Below are positions 40,401 to 48,020 of a stretch of DNA of 48,020 bases, piece after piece. The stretch comes from Candidatus Hydrogenedentota bacterium (GTDB taxonomy: Bacteria > Hydrogenedentota > Hydrogenedentia > Hydrogenedentales > SLHB01). The translations under genes were made by a program, and so were the position numbers. The notes below the pieces were generated by a model. That model was not told the DNA's origin. It was given only the letters and a program-made list of their open reading frames with translations, and did no database searches. How positions within the stretch are numbered: position 1 is the first letter of the stretch; each line of letters begins with the position of its first letter. The DNA lies in the NCBI GenBank assembly GCA_034408725.1, contig JAWXCN010000007.1, forward strand, positions 1 to 48,020. The letters run 5' to 3'.

Positions 40401-41474
40401 ATGGCGTTTAGACTGGGCGACTACGTCGTTTACGGAGAAATCCGGAATCTTAAAAACTATCAGACGTTCGGCTTTTTGGTCATGCGCGCGGAATCGGTGG
40501 ACGATCAGCATGTCATCCATCTCAATCTGACAGGGAACTGCAATCCCGATCTCACGGGGAAATGCTTTCGCTTTTGGCCCGAGGGCGAGGGGAAGGAAGG
40601 ACCGATCTATTTGCGCTCAGACTTCAAAGGCTTCCGGGACATGCAGGTCGGCACAACCGGCGATATGACGGCCGAGGGATGGGTGCGCACGTTCGAGTGT
40701 TCCGTCGAAGAATTCTTGCGGCGTTCAAGACTTGGAGAACCACCCCCGACGACGTGGAAGCGCCGTCTATATCTGGAATGGTTTAGCCAGAACGGGAGAG
40801 TTGTGCTCGAACTTGGCGGAGCAATCGTTGAACAATGCACGCGCCAACCGCTAAACAATGACGACGAAGGCGAATGGGCGCCGCTGCCAAATCGTGCAAT
40901 GCCGCCTGAACTGGATACATCGCCAAAACCAGCCGGGCCAAGTATTACCGTGATGCGTTTGGAAGAAGACACCGCGAAGGTCGAGCGTTGGGCGCCGCCC
41001 TTACAGGAAGTGGAAGGAGACGCCGATTCGTTGCAGGGACAACTCGATCAGGAGGCGAGGGCCATCGACCGTGCATTGCAAGGAGACCCGGCGGGCGATG
41101 ACGACGAGGAATGCATTCGTGAAATGGAATTGATTGATTATTGCATGGAACACGCACAAGAGCGGCCAATCGGAAATTTACTCAAGGGCACGCGCGAATT
41201 GCCGGCGCCCGAACCCCTCGACGATGACCAGATCGAGATCGAGCTGAAAACATTGCTGGGCGAGCTGGCGTTACTCGGCATTGCGCTGGACGTATGCGAA
41301 CATTTCACGCCTCGCGACTGTTACCGCCTACTTCGAGACAAAATTTTGCCGGAAGGCGAAGCATACGAGGAACTCGTCGGAACGGGGTGGGTGCAGCACG
41401 TATGCACCAGCGATTACTGCGAGCAGTGCCAGAAAGATGCTGACGCGGAATCAATGTTTACAAACGGCAATTAG
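40401..41474 (+). CDS. Conserved hypothetical protein with C-terminal Cys/His cluster
   Basis: Long ORF with RBS ggag; LYLEWFSQNGRVVLE and HVCTSDYCEQC. Confidence 0.75.
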   Translation: MAFRLGDYVVYGEIRNLKNYQTFGFLVMRAESVDDQHVIHLNLTGNCNPDLTGKCFRFWPEGEGKEGPIYLRSDFKGFRDMQVGTTGDMTAEGWVRTFECSVEEFLRRSRLGEPPPTTWKRRLYLEWFSQNGRVVLELGGAIVEQCTRQPLNNDDEGEWAPLPNRAMPPELDTSPKPAGPSITVMRLEEDTAKVERWAPPLQEVEGDADSLQGQLDQEARAIDRALQGDPAGDDDEECIREMELIDYCMEHAQERPIGNLLKGTRELPAPEPLDDDQIEIELKTLLGELALLGIALDVCEHFTPRDCYRLLRDKILPEGEAYEELVGTGWVQHVCTSDYCEQCQKDADAESMFTNGN

Positions 41475-41483
41475 GAAAGGGCA

Positions 41484-42500
41484 TTACGACTTCCGCCGGG
41501 GAGGACGTGGTCCCGCGCGCCGTTTCGCGGGCCTGCCCGGACGCCGGGTGTGTTCCGCGGGAAGTGTTTCCGCTTTCGGCTTGCGCGTCTTGGCCAGGAC
41601 AGACTGTCCCACCGGCAATTCTTCCATGAGCTTTTGAAATTCTTTCGGCAAATTTATTTTGCATACCATTCGCTTGCCAGTGGCGGGATGCGGAAACGAA
41701 AGATAGTACGCGTGCAACCCAAGCCGTTTGATCGGGTTTGTGCGCGCGTCGTATTTCTTGTCGCCAACGACCGGAGTGCCATTCTCGCTGAGGTGGGCGC
41801 GAATCTGGTTTTTCCGGCCTGTTTCCAGCACGACGTCAAGCAATGCGAAATGGCGCGAATGTTCTAGGGTCTTGTAATGCGTGATGGCGAGTTTGGCGTC
41901 ATCGGCCTGCGGCGTACTGTGTACCTTCAGGCTCTTCGGGTTTTCCCTCAGATGTGACCGTATCGTGCCGGCGGGAGGCTGGGGAAGTCCTTCCACGACC
42001 GCGTAGTATTTTTTTTCTGCTTTTTCCCATTGGCCCTGTAACGCCGTCTTCGCAGCTTCCGAACGCGCGAACACGACCAGCCCGGAGGTATCGCGGTCCA
42101 GCCGGTGTACGATGAAAATACGTTCGCCACGGTGCGGGCGATCATCTTGCACGTAGGCCATCACCTGCCGGTACGCGGTGCGGAACGTTTCCTTTTCGGT
42201 CGCGATCGTGAGGAGCCCTTCCGGCTTGTTGATTACGATGATGTGACGGTCTTCAAAGATTATGTCCGGTTTTGGAATTTCCGTTTTCGGGTGCAATGCC
42301 GGCGCGGCGCGCTCGACGACGACCCTATCATTTATGTCGAGATAGTGATCGTGGCGCGTCATCGGATTGCCGTTCACGTACACGGCGCGGTGCTTGAGCA
42401 ACTGCTTGAGCGCCGTCCGCCTGGTGTCGGGATATTGCTTCTGCAAAAACGCCATCAACGGCATTCGTTCCCGGACTATGATCGCTCGCGAAATTTTCAT
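41484..42500 (-). CDS. RluA-family pseudouridine synthase with S4-like N-terminus
   Basis: INKPEGLL, VHRLDRDTSG, LETGRKNQIR, VGDKKY, LHA. Confidence 0.93.
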   Translation of the reverse strand: MKISRAIIVRERMPLMAFLQKQYPDTRRTALKQLLKHRAVYVNGNPMTRHDHYLDINDRVVVERAAPALHPKTEIPKPDIIFEDRHIIVINKPEGLLTIATEKETFRTAYRQVMAYVQDDRPHRGERIFIVHRLDRDTSGLVVFARSEAAKTALQGQWEKAEKKYYAVVEGLPQPPAGTIRSHLRENPKSLKVHSTPQADDAKLAITHYKTLEHSRHFALLDVVLETGRKNQIRAHLSENGTPVVGDKKYDARTNPIKRLGLHAYYLSFPHPATGKRMVCKINLPKEFQKLMEELPVGQSVLAKTRKPKAETLPAEHTRRPGRPAKRRAGPRPPRRKS

Positions 42501-42592
42501 ATTGGCCTCGGCGTACATTGGAACATAAACGACGCGGCGTGATTCCGGGTCGCACCGGAACCACGCCGCGGAACAACCACAGCCGTTATTGT

Positions 42593-43090
42593 TTAATTCA
42601 GTTTTTCGAGCGGCGATCCGTCGTACGTGATCTTGTCGCCTTCGATCTTCGCTTCGTAGGGCGATCCGCCAACATCAATCGTCAGTGTGCTGTTTTCAAG
42701 TTTCCAGGTGCCATCGGTATCACCGTTGATCTTCAGCGCGCCATCCGCCAGGAAAGCCAGTTCATATCCCGCGGCGCTCCACTTCGTGCCGACGATGTTT
42801 GTGGCGTCCAGCGGCGTGCCCGTGGCAACGGCAGGTGTGGCCGCGCCTTCTTCCGGCATCGGTGTCGATACGGGGGCGGCTGCTTCCGTTGCCGGCGCCG
42901 TGACGAGAGCCGGCGTTACGATCGCTACGGGCGCGGGTTCCGGCGTGGAAACCTTTGTAGGCGTGTCAACAGTCGTCGGGGCAGTTGTCGTCTTGGTTGC
43001 ATCGGCGGAATCCGTCGGTGCGCAACCTGCCAAAGCAATCGAGATTGCGAGTGCCGCAAAGGGCATCACAGTACGAGCAAAGCGCTTCAT
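42593..43090 (-). CDS. Lipoprotein with Pro/Thr/Ala-rich linker and small C-terminal beta domain
   Basis: Lipobox LAGC; RBS aaggag. Confidence 0.8.
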   Translation of the reverse strand: MKRFARTVMPFAALAISIALAGCAPTDSADATKTTTAPTTVDTPTKVSTPEPAPVAIVTPALVTAPATEAAAPVSTPMPEEGAATPAVATGTPLDATNIVGTKWSAAGYELAFLADGALKINGDTDGTWKLENSTLTIDVGGSPYEAKIEGDKITYDGSPLEKLN

Positions 43091-43184
43091 GAATCAGTTC
43101 TCCTTGAAAAAGTAGTTATAAATTCGCGGCGGCCCACGTGGCCCGCGATACAGCCCAACTCGGATATGCTACACGGCGGCCGCG

Positions 43185-44309
43185 TCACACGTCAATGCTG
43201 CTCCCGGCCGGTTGGAATGCCGTGGCCGGCAATAGCCCCACCGCGGGCGTGACGGGCGAATCGCCACGATAGCGGGGTACGATGATCTCGGCGTCCCCAA
43301 TGATTTGCCGCGATACGAACAGCGCGGCAGCGGGGTGTTCAAACGCGAGTTCTTTTAGATATTGCCACCATTCGCCGTCTTCAATGGTGCGGCCCAGAAG
43401 TGTCGCGGGTATTTCACGCGGGTCGGCGCCGAGCACTTCCTCTATTTCCCGCGCCAATGAAATCCGGGAGTCCCCGCGCGCCGCGACAGCGTGCTGGATG
43501 CGTGTCTCGTAGTCGTGCATGAGTTTGCAGGCTTCCCGGTATCGGCCCACAAATTCGCGCCATTCGGGATCGCGTTGTTTGACCAGTTCCGCGAGCACGG
43601 CCAGGCGTACTTCAAGGGGCCGCGATTCCAGGCGGGCGGCGGACGACGCGCCCAACAAGAGATACGCGAGCGCGTTGCGGAGGAACACTTCGGTGGGCTG
43701 GAGTGGCAAGCAATTTTCGGGCGAAACCGGATACTCCCCGTGTACGATTAGCGCCCGGGTCTGCCAATCCGGCACCAGGGGAAGCGGTTCGGGAAACGCC
43801 GCGTAGTTATAGTCCAGACCAGTCGCGACGATATAACCGTGGACCCCGCGCGCGGTCTTGCCTTCATCAAGCGCTTTGTCGGCCAACGCGAAAAATTCGT
43901 CCTGCATGCGCCGGCGAATCCGGAGCAGTTCGTAAGCCTGCGCCGCAATCGTATATTTGCCCAGGCGCACTGCATTGTCGGCAAGCAGCAGCACCAGCTC
44001 CGATGGCAATTGCGCGGGCCGGCGTTCTGACAGCTCCCGTTGTACGTGCGCCCAAACCGGCGCGTCCCGCACGGCGGCGACGGCTTTTTTGAACTCTCCG
44101 TCTGACTCCGTGTCGGGATCAGGGAGGAGATAGGCGTATTTTTCGTCGTCGAATAGTTCCGACGAATCGGGGCGCGCAGGCGAAAACGGCTGAAACAACA
44201 ACCGGAAATTGACGAAATCGCCTTCACTGACTGCCTTTGCGAGCGCGTGAGCAACCGTTGTGTCATCAACGATTTTTGTAATCGCGGTTTTTTTCGCGCG
44301 TCGAAACAC
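43185..44309 (-). CDS. Hypothetical protein
   Basis: 374-aa ORF starting 2 nt after the upstream gene's stop; no recognisable motif. Confidence 0.75.
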   Translation of the reverse strand: MFRRAKKTAITKIVDDTTVAHALAKAVSEGDFVNFRLLFQPFSPARPDSSELFDDEKYAYLLPDPDTESDGEFKKAVAAVRDAPVWAHVQRELSERRPAQLPSELVLLLADNAVRLGKYTIAAQAYELLRIRRRMQDEFFALADKALDEGKTARGVHGYIVATGLDYNYAAFPEPLPLVPDWQTRALIVHGEYPVSPENCLPLQPTEVFLRNALAYLLLGASSAARLESRPLEVRLAVLAELVKQRDPEWREFVGRYREACKLMHDYETRIQHAVAARGDSRISLAREIEEVLGADPREIPATLLGRTIEDGEWWQYLKELAFEHPAAALFVSRQIIGDAEIIVPRYRGDSPVTPAVGLLPATAFQPAGSSIDV

Positions 44310-44311
44310 CG

Positions 44312-44899
44312 TTATACCGCTCCCTCTGCGAGGACACCCGAGGCAAACCGCGCGCGCTCCGTCCAGTCAATCGAGGGTTTCGTCACATCGGCATAGGGGA
44401 GCCGTTCGAGAATTTGCTGGAAGAACTCATGGCGGCATTGGCGCAGGATGCCGGAAGCGTGGCGCTCGTGCGCGGCGTCCCAATGGCTCGCTTCGACGCA
44501 TTCTTTGTCCCGGCCGCCGGCGAGCATGGCGTCTTCCACGTAGCGCGACAGGAAATCCCGGACCCGGCCATCGAATGTCTTTCGCAATTCATTCGTGTTT
44601 TCGCCGGCTTCTGCCGCCGCGCGCCATTGGTGCTCGAGGACGATCAGATCCTTGCGGTCATTCCAATAGGCATCGCGCAAGTCCGATTCACGCAGCAGAA
44701 ATAGCGCGGCGTTAAGCGTCGCCATTTCGAGCAAAAATTTGTTGCGGCGCTCTTCGGTGATCTCGACGGCCGCAATTTCGGAGACCAGCTCTTTCATCTT
44801 GGTGCGGTAGGATTTGCGAATTTCGCCGGGCTTTGCAGTTTCATCCAGCTCAAGCACCTTAAAATAATCGACGTAACCGCTCTCATCGTCGCGCGACAT
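44312..44899 (-). CDS. J-domain-like protein lacking the HPD motif
   Basis: DYFKVLELDETAKPGEIRKSYR...LNAALFLL...LRDAY; no HPD. Confidence 0.7.
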   Translation of the reverse strand: MSRDDESGYVDYFKVLELDETAKPGEIRKSYRTKMKELVSEIAAVEITEERRNKFLLEMATLNAALFLLRESDLRDAYWNDRKDLIVLEHQWRAAAEAGENTNELRKTFDGRVRDFLSRYVEDAMLAGGRDKECVEASHWDAAHERHASGILRQCRHEFFQQILERLPYADVTKPSIDWTERARFASGVLAEGAV

Positions 44900-44998
44900 A
44901 CTTGCGCATTTCCTTCAAGGGTTTGCGGCCCGCCGCCGCGCACATGTGTAGAAGTGGCCCGCTATAACACCGCGCGGGTATGCGGCGCGATGGCCCGG

Positions 44999-45457
44999 CT
45001 AGTGGAACACGCCGCCTTCTCCGTCCATGATTCCGAAGATCGTCTGCTGAGACTCGAAATCGCGGTTGCCGCATACGACCCAGGACAGCAGGTAATCCAG
45101 CTCTTCGAGACCGACTTCTCCGTCGAAATGATTGAGCCTATCGAGAATGGCTTCGCGTTCGACGACGTCCAGCAACCCGTAGAACTCCAGTCGTGCCAGT
45201 GCGTTACGAGCCTCAGCCGTCAACTTGTATTCCTCGAAAAGTGAAAACGAGCGCGCCACCCAGGGCCGGTTCTCTTCGCGAACCGATGTCTGGATGATTC
45301 GCGGAGCAATGAGCTTCATTGCAGCGTCAATATCACGTTTCGGGTACCCCTGGCGCGCAAGCCAGTTGCGTAGGCCGGTTTCCGTGGGAATCCCGTCCGG
45401 ATACTCTTCTATGCGTCTGAGGATGACGTCGACAAGCTTGGTGATCGACGCTTTCAT
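44999..45457 (-). CDS. DUF494/Smg-family protein
   Basis: L...GYP..DID.A, RSFS..E..KL..EAR..L.RLE..GLL....RE.I.DR and C-terminal H. Confidence 0.75.
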   Translation of the reverse strand: MKASITKLVDVILRRIEEYPDGIPTETGLRNWLARQGYPKRDIDAAMKLIAPRIIQTSVREENRPWVARSFSLFEEYKLTAEARNALARLEFYGLLDVVEREAILDRLNHFDGEVGLEELDYLLSWVVCGNRDFESQQTIFGIMDGEGGVFH

Positions 45458-45733
45458 TCGGTACTCCACAAGAATTTCCTTTTCGGGCACACATGCGCCC
45501 TTACCGGTATTGTAGGGTCGTGGCAGGCAAGGTGTCAACCGAATGCGCGGGGGCGCGCCACCGTTTTATCAGTCGAATGGCAGGGCGTCCCTGAAACGAG
45601 CCAAATTGACCGCGGTGTCAACCCTGCGGTAACGGCGGCGTTGATCGGGTGTACGATAAACGGAGCGGGTTTGCCGTAAAATCCGCGTATTCGTCCGGTG
45701 GGCAATCAGAATCCGGCATTGGCCGTGGAACGG

Positions 45734-45762
45734 TTGACCGCCCAAGACCCAGTTGGTATACT
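45734..45762 (+). promoter_or_regulatory. Near-consensus sigma70 promoter for the small-peptide unit
   Basis: TTGACC-17 nt-TATACT with TG at the extended -10 position. Confidence 0.75.
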
Positions 45763-45843
45763 TTGGTTTACGTGGTGGCAGCATCAACGCGCGGAGCGAG
45801 TACCTGTGGGGAAATCGCTTGACGCGCTCGGGAGAAATCTACT

Positions 45844-46041
45844 GTGAAACACCTTCGCACGATCTCACGGACTCCGCAACTCGCTGAGGACAGCTCGACC
45901 GATCTTTCGTTCATCCTTTCTATCCTGACATTGTTGTCAACCCTGTTTACGACCTTCCTCGGATCATTCACGACGGCGTTCGGCGGAGTGTTGGCTGCAA
46001 TCGGCGCGTATGACGCAGTGAAGAACCCTTCCGGAACGTAG
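45844..46041 (+). CDS. Small peptide 1 (65 aa): MKH-leader plus hydrophobic Ser/Thr-rich core
   Basis: RBS gggag, GTG start; MKHLRTISRTPQLA-EDSSTDLSFILSILTLLSTLFTTF...; leader similar to peptide 2. Confidence 0.7.
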   Translation: MKHLRTISRTPQLAEDSSTDLSFILSILTLLSTLFTTFLGSFTTAFGGVLAAIGAYDAVKNPSGT

Positions 46042-46104
46042 TTTGGACCGCACCGGAAGGTGGGTCAGTTTGTGGAAACGCTTATAAAGGCAGGAGATCG
46101 CAAG

Positions 46105-46251
46105 ATGAAGCACATCCGTCTGGTTTCCGTGACGCGCGCGAAACAAGCGGACGCGTTGGGGGATTTGTATAATACGGTCTGGTCGGCCTGGCTGGATTTT
46201 GTGTACGCGAAGAAGAACCAAATCATCCCCATTGACGACCCCGAGACCTAA
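46105..46251 (+). CDS. Small peptide 2 (48 aa): MKH-leader plus amphipathic core
   Basis: RBS aggag, ATG at 46105; MKHIRLVSVTRAKQA-DALGDLYNTVWSAWLDFVYAKKNQIIPIDDPET. Confidence 0.75.
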   Translation: MKHIRLVSVTRAKQADALGDLYNTVWSAWLDFVYAKKNQIIPIDDPET

Positions 46252-46270
46252 GTTCTACCCGTGTAGTTTC

Positions 46271-46312
46271 GCGTCGGGGCTTTATAATTGGAGGCCCCGG
46301 CGCTTTTCTTTT
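46271..46312 (+). terminator. Intrinsic terminator after the small peptides
   Basis: gcgtcggggc...gccccggcgc stem followed by ttttctttt. Confidence 0.8.
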
Positions 46313-46454
46313 GCCGGAGTCGCCGCTTCGGGGTGTCTTGCAGCGTGCATTCCGGCGGGCCAGCGTTTACCATAGGGATCATCTGTGCCGGACGGGCCGC
46401 ACTTCAGTGGGAATGGCGACCGCACCGGCCTGAGCGTCACGCAGCACAATCCAC

Positions 46455-47015
46455 ATGATTTCAGGAAAATACACCATTATCCGATCCGCCGAACCGGACG
46501 ATGCCGTCGCCATGTGGCGGCTGTATGATCCGGGCCGGCCGCGTTCGTTTTTACTCGGGCCATCGCGCGAAGTAATGATTCCGACGCAGGACGAAATGCG
46601 CGAGATGCTGGCACGGCGCGACGTGATTCAAGGCTCGTTTTTTGCCATCGAAGATTTTGCCGGAGAAGTCCTCGGTTGTTGCGTACTGCGTGGCGCGAAG
46701 ATGGAATCGGATTTCGCGGAAGTGGTCGTCGCGCTGTCGCACGATGGCGCTTACAACACCCCGGTGGCCGATGAGGTGTTTCAGTTCCTGGAGAAGCTCG
46801 GGTTCGTGGACAAAAAACTGAACAAGCTTGTCGCGCATTGTTTGTCTGATGAAACAGAGTACCGCGATTTTTTGGGCCGGCACGGATTCACCAGCGACGG
46901 AATCCAGCGCGAAATGGTGTACACGAAGGGCCGGTACTTCGATCTCGAATCGTTATCGTTGTTCAATTCGGCGCACACGGGAGGGGGCAATGGAACTGCG
47001 GCTGCGGCGTCCTGA
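46455..47015 (+). CDS. RimJ/RimL-family GNAT N-acyltransferase 1 (divergent)
   Basis: MISGKYTIIRSAEPDD, FAIED, F...KLNKL.A, GF..DGIQRE.VY..GRYFD. Confidence 0.8.
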   Translation: MISGKYTIIRSAEPDDAVAMWRLYDPGRPRSFLLGPSREVMIPTQDEMREMLARRDVIQGSFFAIEDFAGEVLGCCVLRGAKMESDFAEVVVALSHDGAYNTPVADEVFQFLEKLGFVDKKLNKLVAHCLSDETEYRDFLGRHGFTSDGIQREMVYTKGRYFDLESLSLFNSAHTGGGNGTAAAAS

Positions 47016-47538
47016 ACGCTCGGACCTGGACATCATCGTGGACTGGATGGGCGACGCCGAGTTCCGGCATTTCCTGTTTGGCGACACGGGGCCGCGCCCG
47101 CAGCACATGGGGCAGCAGGTGTTGGGAGTTATGAGCAGCGCTCTTGCGATTCCGATGGCGAGCGCGGGCAATCTCCTGCTGGAAGACGACGCGGCGGGCA
47201 CGATCGGAATTGTCATGCTGCAAGACGTGAGCTGGCGCAACCGGTCGTGTTTTCTTGCGCTCTACCTTGCCGCGGAACATCGAAACGGCGAAACTATCGC
47301 CCGCGCGACGGACACCGTGTTCACCTACTGCTTCGAGGAATTGAATCTTCACCGCGCGGCGATGCGCGTGGAAGCGGGACAGACCGAATACGCACAGGCA
47401 TGCACGCAGGCCGGCGCGGTCCGCGAATTTGTAATGCCTGGCCACGCGCAACGTGACGGCAAGCCGGTAGACGTACACGGTTACGGCGTGCTGCGCGCGG
47501 AGTTTGACGCACGGCGCAACGTGGCGGCGGGAGCGTAG
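46990..47538 (+). CDS. RimJ/RimL-family GNAT N-acyltransferase 2 (divergent)
   Basis: LRRPERSDLDIIVDW, SWRNRSC, YCFEELNLHR, RDGKPVD...YGVLRAEF; RBS ggaggg; overlaps GNAT 1. Confidence 0.82.
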   Translation: MELRLRRPERSDLDIIVDWMGDAEFRHFLFGDTGPRPQHMGQQVLGVMSSALAIPMASAGNLLLEDDAAGTIGIVMLQDVSWRNRSCFLALYLAAEHRNGETIARATDTVFTYCFEELNLHRAAMRVEAGQTEYAQACTQAGAVREFVMPGHAQRDGKPVDVHGYGVLRAEFDARRNVAAGA

Positions 47539-47539
47539 C

Positions 47540-48020
47540 GTGGCGCTGAAATCCAGCGTATTCATCCGCCGCGCGGACCGCGAAGACCTCGAGACAATCG
47601 TGTCGTGGATGGAGGACCCAGCTTTCCAGCGGTTCCTCTACGGCGATCCCGCGCGTTCTCCGAAGCAGATTCGCGAACAAATCGTCGGCATGCTCGGGCG
47701 TTCCGCGGCGCGCACGCTTCCTGGCGGAATCTATTTCATGGCGGACTCGAAAAAGTACGGGCCGGTGGGTCTGTTCAGCGTAGTCAATATGAGTTGGCGC
47801 AACCGATCCTGCAACATCGACTCGTATATCTGCGAAGACCGCCGGAACGGCATGTTCAGCACCGTGGCGTTTTATCGCGTACTCGAGTATTGCTTCCACG
47901 TGCTCAACATGAACCGCATCAACATCTACATCTACGGCTTCAATACGCGGTCCTGGCGCATTTTCGAGTTGACCGGCGCGAAACAGGAGCTGGTGCTTCG
48001 AGAGCACGTCGCGCGCGACG
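47540..48020 (+). CDS. RimJ/RimL-family GNAT N-acyltransferase 3 (partial; runs off the window and is absent from the ORF track)
   Basis: Manual translation from GTG 47540: MALKSSVFIRRADREDLETIVSWMEDPAFQRFLYGD...SWRNRSC...YCFHVLNMNRINIYIYGFNTRSWRIFELTGAKQELVLREHVARD. Confidence 0.85.
   Translation, partial: MALKSSVFIRRADREDLETIVSWMEDPAFQRFLYGDPARSPKQIREQIVGMLGRSAARTLPGGIYFMADSKKYGPVGLFSVVNMSWRNRSCNIDSYICEDRRNGMFSTVAFYRVLEYCFHVLNMNRINIYIYGFNTRSWRIFELTGAKQELVLREHVARD

Noticed and set aside
45844-46041. Peptide 1 as a lanthipeptide or type IV/Flp pilin
   Set aside because: No Cys and no lanthipeptide synthetase in the window; no G|F-x3-E prepilin cleavage motif.

Overview
GC-rich bacterial chromosomal window of mostly housekeeping and envelope genes. 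In order: a WG-repeat protein, a SAM methyltransferase, a PAS/GAF kinase with a NarL-type regulator, thyX-nrdJ, purN, groES-groEL, and a mycobacterial-Sdh1-like succinate dehydrogenase operon interrupted by a VapBC-type toxin-antitoxin pair. Next come a block of secreted proteins (including a minimal PEP-CTERM peptide), thrS, rlmB, a carbamoyltransferase, a TMTC-like glycosyltransferase, an MshEN-HDOD protein, ispE, an ABC1 kinase, an RluA synthase and a DUF494/J-like operon. nrdJ and sdhA each carry a single-base frameshift, so the assembly may have indel errors. A MITE/REP-like repeat family occurs at four loci. The best candidate for an undescribed system is at the right end. Two small peptides share an N-terminal leader (MKH[LI]Rx[IV]S...A) and have their own near-consensus sigma70 promoter, RBSs and terminator. 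They are followed by at least three tandem RimL-type GNAT acyltransferases, two with degenerate CoA-binding motifs, and the third runs off the window. Other non-coding signals are a roughly phased array of NrdR-box-like sites upstream of thyX-nrdJ and sigma54-type promoters before groES and the PEP-CTERM gene. My unverified impression is that the organism resembles Candidatus Hydrogenedentota. All calls come from reading the sequence; no searches were run.
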